Under the pieces are notes generated by a model. It did not search any database. It worked only from the letters and a program-made list of their open reading frames with translations, and was not told the origin of the DNA. Below are positions 27,659-38,588 of a stretch of DNA of 64,000 bases, piece by piece (within the stretch, counting starts at the first letter, position 1; the number at the start of each line of letters is the position of its first letter). Position numbers and translations under genes: made by a program. The DNA is from Paraspadella gotoi (lineage: Eukaryota > Animalia > Chaetognatha): assembly GCA_051294375.1 (NCBI GenBank), contig CM119269.1, positions 15,511,918 through 15,575,917 of the forward strand, given 5' to 3'.

Positions 27659-28509
27659 AAAAGAAAGAAAGGAAGAAAAAAAGAAAAAAAAAACATAGAC
27701 TTTCGATAACGGTGGACGGGGGCGAGCACGAAACGTCGGTCAAGCCATCTCGTGGATAAATAATGGAATGGCTTTCGAACCATCGCTCCAAACAAACGTC
27801 TCTCTATTCTGCTGCTAAGTCGAATGTACAGTAGGACGAAATCCAGTGTTCAATTACTCTACTCGCAGCGGTGTCTTTTTCATTAAAGTTATAAAAAGAA
27901 AACAAATTTTTTTTATTCATCTTTTTCTTTATATTTCTTGTCATCCTCCTCCTCCTCTTCCTCGTTGCCTTTTTTGAATTTGATACAACCGTTTCCAGTA
28001 ACGCATTCCTCTTTCTAATATTGTTAACGGACAGATAACAAGATAATAAGACAAACAGAAGGACCACAGGATCGCCAACTTCTGGCAAACTTCCTTTCAA
28101 GCAAACCCTTGCCCTTACCCGATGATTCGGTGACGGAAAGCATCAACTCTTCAAGCAGCGCTGTGTCGATGGCGGGGCGACCGGTTTCGTCATTGACGTT
28201 GTCCCCGTCGTCGACGAAGTCTTCGGCGTCGTCCTTCTGAGTTGACTCTTCCGAGTCGTCAACTTCTTCAAAGCTAGAGAAGCTATCTTGTGCGTCGTCA
28301 TTGTTCGCCAATTCCTCGACGTTTCCGGCGACATTGCCTATTCGCTCCTCCAAAGTTTCGGCGCCATCACCGGCTGACTCTCCGAGATTTCCAGCGTCGT
28401 CATCGACGGGACTCTCGAGATGGGCGTCGACGTTCTCCATCAGAGTTCCTTCTTCGAGCAAAAACCAGCTGGAGTTGGAGCTGGAGTTGGAGACAGCGTC
28501 TTCCTCCAT
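20879..28509 (-). CDS. Single-pass membrane coiled-coil protein (~1730 aa), CCPG1/PBXIP1-like ER-phagy receptor candidate
   Basis: Eleven phase-compatible exons: 28119-28509, 27402-27584, 27237-27301, 27008-27125, 26366-26573, 22541-25794, 22228-22447, 21918-22050, 21587-21708, 21416-21495, 20879-21294. Acidic disordered N-terminus with SSWFLLEE and DSSSDIVLLD motifs, TM segment FSIIPFLMLLSSTFLFIAF, long coiled coil, C-terminal PHEL*. The gene model is solid; the family call is inference. Confidence 0.7.
26133..26335 (+). mobile_element. HINE/DINE-like element 3' part (family B), intronic
   Basis: (GACC)n microsatellite, AAAAGTGACTTATAGAGTTTG, perfect palindrome CCGCGAGTACTCGCGG; second copy at 14782. 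Confidence 0.65.
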
Positions 28510-28632
28510 CTCTCAATCGATTTTTCAGATGCTGAAATTGCTTTCTATTTTTTGTTGTTGAAATAATTAGTAGTTTCTGGTTTGTTTGTTTAACCTTTAG
28601 TATTTATTTCGCATTATGTTAATTATCCTTAA

Positions 28633-29400
28633 AACAAGTTTGAGCAAACATTGTCGGATCTGCCCACAATCATTAATTAATTAATTAATACAAATTATAT
28701 AGACTAAAATAATAATTTAATTAATAAATTAATTAATTTGATACGAAATGTTTGTTTTTAGGTCTTTTCGTCACTGACTACGACCAAAGCAACGACACGA
28801 TGATGGCGACAACGACAATAATGCCGATAACGATTGACTTGATTGATTGATTGAATAATTAATTAATTTATGAATAAATTGTTTGATTAAATAATTAATT
28901 AATAACTAAATAAATTGATTGATTAATTTATTGATTGATTAATAAATTGATTTAAAAATTAATTGATTTATTAATTGACAGATTAATTAATTATTAATTA
29001 ATTAATTAACTGATTAATTATTTGATTAATTAATACATCTTGCATTTACATTTAATATAAAAGAAAAAGAAGCATAATCAATTAGTGAAACAAGTTTTTT
29101 TGTTTTTTCCATTAAAACTCATTTCCACTCAGACGATTCCACTGAAACTTTGTATCCAACTCAGACACACACTTCCCTACCCACTCACAAAATATCATTC
29201 CAATCCATCCATCCAATCACGAGCAATTGGAGTTTTTTGCTAAGGTGGGATGGACGGACGGACGGACGGACATCGTTTTTTTGCATAATTTATCATAATT
29301 CGATGTTCTGACATGAAATAAGTGAATGCCCGACAATATTGAGGGGGCGGACCGACGGACCGACAAAGTGAATTATAGAGTCGGGATCTGCTGAATAACA
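28633..29400 (+). mobile_element. HINE/DINE-like non-autonomous element (family A)
   Basis: 5' AACAAGTTTGAGCAAACA.TGTCGGATCTGCC and 3' GAGGGGGCGGACCGACGGACCGA.AAAGTG.ATTATAGAGTCGGGATCTGC are both shared with 57022-57621; internal (GGAC)n and (TTAA/TTGA)n tracts. Confidence 0.7.
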
Positions 29401-29711
29401 ATTAAAAAAAGGATTAAAATCGCGGAGAAAAATCTTAAAAGCATAAGGTAGGGTATTGCACAAAATTTTTAAAAATACTGATTTTCTTCATCGGATGGTT
29501 TTAAACCTTATATTAAGCCAATCGAAGTGCACTTTAATCGTTAATTCCAAGTTTGACTTTTAAATATTTGACTTTACTGCCAAACTGATTTACGTCAATT
29601 TGGAGTAACGTTTCTGCCTCCTTACTGCTATCAAGGATATCAACCAAAATTTTGGAAAACGCTTTTTTTTGATTAAAAATACATAGTAGTATTGGATTCC
29701 GATTTGATTTC

Positions 29712-29800
29712 TTTTTTATCGAGCCTTGACCGGCGAAGCCGGGTCAGGCTCTATATGTTTTAGGGTTACTTCTTCTGTGACGTAGTCGTCGTGTCGTCAT
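29712..29800 (-). mobile_element. HINE-like terminal hairpin
   Basis: T-run, then hairpin GAGCCTTGACCGGC-GAA-GCCGGGTCAGGCTC (29721-29751), then a cgtcgt microsatellite. Confidence 0.45.
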
Positions 29801-30769
29801 GGCTTCTCAACTTTGAAATAGCTTTGATATTTTCTTATTACATTTGGATTTAAGTATTTTTTGTTGAATTTCCACTTCATTATGATTTACTGCAATATGC
29901 AAATGAGATTAAAGTACTCATTATAATATCCAAATTAGTATATAGAAATGCTTTAATCTAATTTACATATTGCAGTATATAAATTATAATATTGAAGATG
30001 AAATTCAAAAATTTTTTTTTAAAAAATTAATAAAAATGGGAACTCAAAGGATTTTTTTAATGAGAAGCTATATCTTAATTTTAATACAAATAAAAATATA
30101 ATCTTATGATAAGGATCGTCCAATAACATAAGAAAAATCTGGATTGATACTAAAAAAAAGAAAATTTGAGAAAAGAAAATTAAATTATAAACAAAGAAAA
30201 TTCTATTTTGCGATTGTCAATAAAAAAAAAATAATAAAGTACGGGAAGAATGCGATGGCTTAATTTTACGATTTCAATCCTAATTCAATTTTTTTTTAAT
30301 AAAAACGTAGAGAGAGAGAGAGGAGAGAAGAGAGAGAGGGAGAGAGAGAGAGAGAAGAAAGAAAGAAATCAAAAGGCAGCAGCAGAAGCAGCAGGAGAAA
30401 AGAGAGAAAAAGTAAGAGCCACTGCAGAGCCAGCTGCAGACTCAAAAGGCAGCAGCAGAAGCAGCAGGAGAAAAGAGAGAAAAAAGAATAAGCCTCTGCA
30501 GAGCCAGCTGCAGGCTCGTTTTTTTTCCCTATGATTATGAATCAGTGACTAGGGAAAAAGAGAGGGGAGAAACATGTAATTAAAGAGAAAAGAGAGAGAG
30601 AAAGAAATATGAAAATAAAGAGAGAAAATTTGTTTGTTTGATAAAACGTAAACAAAACATATTTAATAACTGTCCAGACTCAATTTTAAGCACATCGATA
30701 ATGAGAAGTTGTATATAAATTTTCAGCTTCATACACCCAAATTTAATCATAAAAAAGGCGATCTATAAT

Positions 30770-30862
30770 TTGGAACGCCGACGACAACAACGACGACGAC
30801 GACACTTATGGGCAAAACGATACAATATCGTCGCAAACGCTTAGCGATTGCGACGATAAAAA
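30770..30862 (+). mobile_element. HINE-like 3' end
   Basis: (GAC)n microsatellite, then hairpin TATCGTCGCAA-ACGCTTAGCGA-TTGCGACGATA, then an A-run. Confidence 0.5.
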
Positions 30863-32116
30863 ACTTTCACTAATTTATTAGAATAATTATACAAGGCAAG
30901 TCAAAGCGTAGTTTTAGTCTATTTGTCTGAAAATGTGTTGTATGTTGTATGAAAATTATAAAATTTTATTTCAACATTATGCTTCTCTTTTATTTGGTAA
31001 TAATTTTAGTACAAATATTTTTTTAAAGGTGAATGAAACACGAAGAAAGGAGTAATTAATTGCATGTGGAAATGGCATGCGGATTGCGGAGCAATTAATT
31101 TTATATACTCGTCAAAAAAAAAAAAAAAAAAGAAAGGAAAGAAAAAAAAGAAGAAAAAAAACTAAAAAACCAGTCCTGTCGACGTTCGTTGTAATGAAAA
31201 TAATGTAGGCCGCGTTCGAAATTCAACGACTACAACAACAACAACAACGTCGGATCGAAAGGAAAGAAAAGGTCGAAAGGCTAAACAGACGTGTCCTTCT
31301 CTCATCGGTGGATGGGCCTTATCGGCCAACGTGGGCCGACTTGCGATATCTCGCGAAATTCGAAGGATCTCGAGCAAAAACTTATTCGTAGAAATATTAG
31401 TACGATATTAATTTGTTTAAGAGGTAAAACTTAGCAGAGTACGTATTTTATTTTACTTATTGTCATTGTCTACGTCATTGTTTTAATACCACTCAAAAAT
31501 ATTACAATTAATGTTGTTGTTCTATAATCATAAAAAGTAACCATCACTTTGCCAGGTTTAACGATTGTCCGAAGGTTACCGTTTTACGCTTTTCTCACAG
31601 CTGGTAATCGCGGAAAAAAAAAACTAAACCGAAGCAGGAAATGTTGAAGACTCGGAATCATCGAAAAAAAAACCGTTGGATCTTTCATCCCGAGATGAGA
31701 GTTCGCTCTCACGTCGTCCAAATTCCTTGTGGTCAAACGATGAACGATGCGTCGTCCTTTATCGTCGATGGCGAAAAAAGCTGCAGATCAACTGACAACA
31801 AAGAAGAGGCAGCTGTTTCCTGTTTGGACTTGAACTGAGAGTGTATTTTCGGGTCGCTGCAGCCGTGAGACGGCTGCAGTTCTGCGGCAGAGATGCAGCT
31901 TGGACGCAGGCATCAATCGCTGCGCTGAGCTGCCTTCGCCTACGGATCAGTTTTCCTGCGAGCTGGAAGGACAACAACTAACTAAATCATGGCCGATATG
32001 TATACTTTTGAACTAACTAAGGAATCTCTCAAAGGATACTTAAAAATAAAAAGAAGCAGACAATACAAATAAAGTCAGGCAAAACTTAATGAGATTTTGT
32101 TATTTGGAAAAAGTAT

Positions 32117-32189
32117 AGGTACTGCCCGGTTTCGAACCGGGGACCTTCTGCGTGTGAAGCAGACGTGATAACCACTACACCACAGCACC
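32117..32189 (-). tRNA. trnV-CAC: tRNA-Val (anticodon CAC)
   Basis: GGTGCTGTGGTGTAGTGGTTATCACGTCTGCTTCACACGCAGAAGGTCCCCGGTTCGAAACCGGGCAGTACCT folds as a full cloverleaf with A and B boxes; TTTTT Pol III terminator 4 nt downstream. Confidence 0.95.
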
Positions 32190-32434
32190 TGGATAGGAAA
32201 AGAGGTTGAAATATTTGTATATAAACCATTAGGAAAATGATTTCTATCCGCTTTTGTGGTTGTATTTTTTATTTTTTAAAGCCAAACATAAAAAAAATGA
32301 AGAAATAATATGTAGTAAAGAAGTTTAGCGCACATACACTTATAAAAAAATCACAGATCTCTCACTTTTTTCTTTTACAAAGATTTTTTGTTAGTAATAT
32401 TTTTTTTGGGTAGTAATAATAATAATAATAAAAA

Positions 32435-32764
32435 TCAGATCGGTCTGAACAAGTCCCTCTTTCTTCCCTCTTGCTGCTTCGCCATCTCGTACGGATAGCG
32501 CTGCTCCGGCGTCGACGCCGCGTCGAGGCGCGCCATCTCCTCCGGCGTCAACTCCCACCCGGCGCCGGCGCCCATGTTGCTCTCCAGCTGATTCATTTTG
32601 GTGGCGCCGATAATAACCGAAGAAACGAGGTCCTTTTGAACCAGCCAGCGCAATGCCACCTGAGGAACCAATCAATGTAATTAATGCAATCTTTTAATCG
32701 AACACTAAATAAATAAATGAATTAATTTAATTTATCTAATAATTAAATAAATAAATAATAATAA

Positions 32765-32795
<31 letters not shown>

Positions 32796-32851
32796 CAATC
32801 AATCAATCAATCAATTAAAAAAATAAATAAATAATTCATTCAATCAATCAA

Positions 32852-32884
<33 letters not shown>

Positions 32885-32961
32885 CAATCATTCAATCAAA
32901 AAATAAATAAATCATTCAATCAATCAATCAATCAGTCAATCAATAAATAAATAAATATATA

Positions 32962-32998
<37 letters not shown>

Positions 32999-35074
32999 TG
33001 CGAATGTTGAACATTTAAATCCACAAAAAAATGCGTACGTCAATCAATCAGTCTAAACCTGCGCCATCGATTTGTTGTTCGCCTCGGCGATGTTCTTCAG
33101 CTCGTCCAACACGTGCCACGTTTTCTCGCTCTCGATAGATTTTCCCGCAGCAGCCTTAAAATTGAGTCAAACTCAAATTTATCAATCATCCAATCAATGA
33201 CCGCTCATCAAATTCCTAAACGAATTAACCGGTATCCCTACTACCTGCGAAACGACGCCCAGTTTGTTGGCCCACTCTTGTCGAGTCCCGGCCGGCATCT
33301 CCGCGTCCTTCTTGAACTTCCCCGTCAACCATCCTCCTTTGAGAGGGCTCCAGCACAGGAGCCCAACTTTCTCTTCGCGACAAACCTCCGTCACCTGGAT
33401 AAAAGAGGATGGAGCAGAAAAAAAACGGGCATTTGGGCTTTTTACGATTTTGTCTAAACGAGATAGCGTAAGATATAAAATATATTGAAAATGAATATAA
33501 GTAAAATGATTGTACTTGCAAAGTTCAATTTGTTTTGCTAATATATTTCGCCTGTGCATAAGATGTCTCGTCAACAATACGTAAAACAAATGGATAATAA
33601 TCACACACCAGCAAAGATTAAGCAGATTTTAGATTACCTCGTCTTCAATCCCTCTGACCAGGAGATTGTATTGCATCTGATTTGCCACCATCTTCTCCAT
33701 CCCCATGAATTTGGCGTAGTCGACGAACTTCTGCAGCTGCCAACCGGTGAGGTTGCAGGCGCCGATGTGGCGCACCTTCCCCGCGCGGACGACGTCGTTG
33801 AGCGTCCGCAGCGTCTCCTCGAGGGGCGTGCCCGCGTCCCATCCGTGGATTTGGTAAAGATCGATGTAGTCCGTCTGAGGAAAGGAAAAGGGAAAAAAAT
33901 TACATTTAGAACAAAAACTAAAAAAATTCTACAGAAAAAAAACAACATTTTCTCGTCAATGCAAAATAAATAAAAATCCAATCCTGTACAGTGTACAGAC
34001 GGAGAAAAGTTTTTTAGCAAAAACGCATTTTCTTGCTTTACTCTAGTTTATTATAACAAAGTTGCAGTTTACGCCTCTCCAACAATCCAATAAAAAATGA
34101 CCTTTAGTCTCTCCAAGCTCTGGTTGAGGCTCCAGAGAAGATGCTTCCTCGACAACCCCATCCCGTTGGGTGAATCGGGGTCCGTCAAGTAGCGGCATTT
34201 GGTGGCAACGACGACATGTTCCCGGTTCCGTTTCTGTAGCCAGGTGCCCAGGATCGATTCGGAGATTCCAGAGTGACGACCCATTCCGGGATAGACGTCC
34301 GCCGAGTCGATGAAGTTCCCTTGGAAGAGGGGATGTCCGAACGTGAAAGGTAATCGAAGTTTCATAAATAAAGAAAGGAACGTCACTGATTAAAATGACA
34401 AATAGTTTAACTTAAACTTCTTTACATCCGGGCAGTCACATCATCACGATTTATTTAAGAATTCTCGCCTTCTAGAAAGTTTTTGTCCTTCAAGTAACAC
34501 TCTCTTTTTCCCAATACTACCCAATACTCATTTAGTAAGACATATAAGTGACCTTTAATCAATAAATCAATACAAATCAATACCCAGCTTCATCAATCCA
34601 TCAATCCATCTCACCACCGAATATTTCCAATAATTAGACAATTTCTGTGAGCCTTGGGTTGTTTTTAGACAAACTATATCTGCCCGATTCTGTCCCGTTT
34701 GGAAACTCCGTTCTTACCAATTTCTGCTCAGCTGCCTTACCCTCGCCCTTTTCTTCAATTCAAGCTCTCGCCAAGTTGCAATTTTCAAAATGGGCGGCAT
34801 CAACACGAGAACAACAAAGGAACTCACTTCAGGGCCACCTGCCACCTGCCCATCACCAGGCCTCACCTCCCAACTCGACGAAGCGATCGAGGAGGGCGTG
34901 GCTGGCGGCTTCGTCGGTGTTGCTCGACGGGCCGTTTGGGAAGGCGCCGAAGGTCATGGTGCCGAGACAGAGGGCGGAGACTTTGAGGCCGGATGATCCC
35001 AAAAACTTCATCTCCATCGCTGAGTCTTTGACTTTCTGAAAGTCTGTCATCACGTTCACACCTTTTTTTGCCAT
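32435..35074 (-). CDS. Aldo-keto reductase (YajO/aryl-alcohol dehydrogenase/Kv-beta-like subfamily), 6 exons
   Basis: Exons 34867-35074, 34102-34319, 33638-33874, 33245-33394, 33059-33154, 32435-32659 are in frame. Motifs [69 protein letters not shown]; catalytic D/Y/K/H present. Confidence 0.93.
32700..33000. repeat. (AATC)n/(AAAT)n intronic microsatellite
   Basis: Direct reading of the sequence. Confidence 0.9.
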
Positions 35075-35584
35075 GTTTCGTCCGGTTTTTTAATTCTTAA
35101 TCTTCTGTGAAACAATTTTCTAAAATTAACTATTTCTTAATCATTGGCCAATCCTTCCCAGTCAAAATGTTTCTATTTATTAAATTGTTAAAAAAGCTAG
35201 TTTAATTTTGTTCGAAATTGCCTGTTTTTTTTTTGACAGGCGGAAAATCCAGAGCCTGAGGTAGAATATACCTTCAGCTTAAAAGCTTTACATTGTAAAA
35301 CAATTTTCGAGTCCCGATGCGGGCGAATCAGCCGTATTAACTGCAGCCGACGCAGATCCACTGCGGTGGCAGCCGCCCGTATCAACGGCAGCAGCTGGAC
35401 TGCTTCGCCTTGAGCTTTTTTTTTTCTCTTGCAAGAATGATGTGGAACGGAATGACCCAGATTTTCAGGGCTATTGTCTTTTCGTAGGTTTTCGGTGTAA
35501 AAATTCTAACCCACAGTGATTTTTTTCAGGGTCGTACAAGAGTAAAATGATTATAGAAGTCTTTGTTTAGAGCCGATGTTATTA

Positions 35585-36188
35585 CATGGTGACAATTTTA
35601 CAAGCGCCGGTAGAAATACGCTGTCATTTGCAAACCAGTGGTTATTTCATTGATTTTAAAAATTAGTTGAGTAAAAAATACTAAAATATTTATGTGTTAA
35701 AATTTTATATTGATTATTTAAGATATGCCTTGACAATGAGTGGAGAAATTGATAAAAATCATAAATTTACTCTCCAGCTATTGATTTTTAAAAAGATGTC
35801 TCGTTTTTGAGTATCTTAATTAAATTAAAGCTGGGCCAGTTAAATTTTATACTACAGTATTCGTAAGTACGTCATTCTCTTTAGATTTGAAAAGGCTTTC
35901 AGAAAGTAATAATATTAATATTATTTTATTTTAAATTTCTTCAGAAAACTTACTGAAAATAAGAAAAAAAAATTAAATCTAAAAAAGTGAGTTTAAAAAT
36001 TAGAGACGATTTTCAAATCCATCTTCCTGCTACCATTGCTGAGACATATCAAAGTCGATTCTGATAAAATTTGCATATATGAATAGTTCGGATTTTTACT
36101 TTTAAATTCATATTTAACGTTGAAAAAATCTTAATGGGTTTGCAAATGACAGCGTTTTTCTACCGGCGCTTGTAAAATTGTCACCATA
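35585..36188. mobile_element. MITE, ~600 bp, ~50-bp TIRs, TA-flanked (Tc1/mariner-type)
   Basis: Left ATGGTGACAATTTTACAAGCGCCGGTAGAAATACGCTGTCATTTGCAAACC is the reverse complement of right GGTTTGCAAATGACAGCGTTTTTCTACCGGCGCTTGTAAAATTGTCACCAT; TA on both flanks. Confidence 0.8.
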
Positions 36189-37852
36189 TACATAACTTGA
36201 AAAAGGAATCGATTCGTACTATCTAGGAAAAAGGTATATAACATAATTCATTTTTTCAATAAAAAGTATACGAAACATGGGTAAAACATTTTCATTATTT
36301 GGTATGCCCTTCCTTGCTATCGACTACTGCCTGGGCATGCTCTCATACAGCAAATTGAGGTATGACAGTGAAATGTTTTTCCATATCTTTAACGCAATTC
36401 TTTTCAGACCCGATGTTGTCTTTCCCTTTTCTAAAAGATATAATAGTACTTTTTTGAACCAAAAAGAAGTGCAAGGCCTTTATCATTGCCAAATTAAAAT
36501 TAAAAATAAAAAAATAACTAACTCTATTTAAAAATGGAAGAAAACTAAATATGATTTTTTTTTGCCATTTTNNNNNNNNNNNNNNNNNNNNNNNNNCATT
36601 TGGAAGAGTAACAATATTTTTGCCTGTAACTTCTAAACGATTTGAAATACAACAAAATGGAAAGAAGCTACTAAAAAAACATTCAATGTAGATCCGGAAA
36701 ATTCTGATTTTTTAAATCAAAACAAGTTTTTGAATTAGATATCCTTTATTGAAAATGTTAATATACTTTTTTCCTAAATAGTAATTTGGTTTTAAAGTTA
36801 AACTACAAAAATTAATGTATTTTCAAAAGGAGAAAACCGTCTATTTCAAAATGATATTATTAGGCTTGTTAATAAATGACGAAATACTTACACACTTTTA
36901 AACACATTCGGCACAAAAAATGATATTTTGTTTACAATTTATTACGTTTTCCTAAAAAATTCTAAACAACAAATCGATTCTTCAACAAACCGGGGGTAAT
37001 AATTATAATGCCTCCCGTTACAAAAAAAAAAACCAGTGGCTGCAACACTACATGTGAATCACTTTCAAGGGCTTAAATGAACGTGTTTACTGTGGCACTA
37101 TATCATTTTTAAATCAAAATAATATGTATTTTTGTTTCGAAGTATGATATATGATTAAAATGCTTTTATCAAACATCTAGAATAAAATAAAAATAAATTA
37201 AAAAATAAAAAAACATGTTAAAAAATATCAAAAAATTAATTTTTAAAGATTTAGATAATAAATATTTACAAAAATATAATTTATTTTTTTGTTGAAGAGC
37301 AAGTAAAGATCTATGTGGTGTAGCTAAAATTTTATTTAAATGTTCCTTTGTCTTAAATAAAAAAATTGTACAAATTTCGGGGGTAAAGCAGATTTTTACA
37401 AAAAAAAACAACAAAAAAACAAAAAAAAAACCTAGCATTCGTTTATCTCAGCAAGACGCAACGACCGGCATTCGATTCTTCCGTCTTCAGCCTCGTCAAA
37501 GATTTCTTCGAACCCACTGTGGGACGATCATGGAATGTCGCATCGACCTCGCGGACTGCCACCACTTCGACGGGCAGCGACGTCAGCATCGACAGTTCGT
37601 TAGGACATTTGGACCTATTGCCGACAAGGAGAAGGAGGAAGGCTTCGACCGTCACGCGGCCCTGGAAAGGAAGCGGGGGAGAAATGAACAACATAGGAAT
37701 CGCCTCCTGTTTATAGATATACCCATTTATATATCATTTGTTATATTTACTACTTAACTAAATTGACATTAACATGAAATAGTACAATGTATAACTAAAC
37801 GAAAGAAAACTAAAGAAAAAACCAGATCTTCCAGTTAGATGAAAGTAAGAAA

Positions 37853-37934
37853 TAGCAGCCGGATGGGTTTCGATCCATCGACCTCTGGGTTATGGGCCCC
37901 AAGCACCGCTCCACAGCTGCGCCCACTGCTTGCT
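37853..37934 (-). tRNA. tRNA-iMet(CAT), error-laden copy
   Basis: Recognisable iMet sequence with several insertions; lies inside the noisy duplicate block. Confidence 0.5.
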
Positions 37935-38511
37935 TTGCTTGTAAGTGTAAGTAGAGGTGGTATACAAACATTGTTTATTAAACAAACTGTTGTAAAAGCG
38001 ACCACTTATATGAGCCAATAACTCAGAGGATATGCATACGCTAATATTAAATGAATGGATCAATTTTTTATATTGTCAGCTCCTATGTATTTAGATTGCT
38101 AGTGCGGAGTACATTATAGTATTCCACAACTAATACTCAGGCTGTGGTCTTATATTCATTGAAAAATATTCTTCTTGACATATTATGAGACACATTCATT
38201 GACAGCGGACAGCCAAGGTATACCGCAGTCGCAATTCAACGAGAGCATGAGAGAGGTCTACAAGGTTAAGAGAAGAGCTTCGTCACTTATTTTTTAAGAG
38301 TGATCGAGGGCCTTAATCCAACATTAGCCCTACCAAACGTCAGGGGAAGATAGTTATTTATCAAATGAACGAAGATTTTCTTTATTATATTTAGTTGTAC
38401 ACCAATTAATCATATTAGACCAGGACAATTTCTTATTTCATATTACTCTAGCTAACTAAACGTTATAAAATTCAGGTAACAATACACATGATTCAATTTG
38501 TAAAACACATG

Positions 38512-38588
38512 TAGCTCCAGCGGATGGTTTCGATCCATCGAACCTCTTGGTTATGCCCAGCACGCTCCCATCTGCGCCACCGCTGACT
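38512..38588 (-). tRNA. tRNA-iMet(CAT), error-laden copy
   Basis: As above; counterpart of 46476-46547. Confidence 0.5.
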
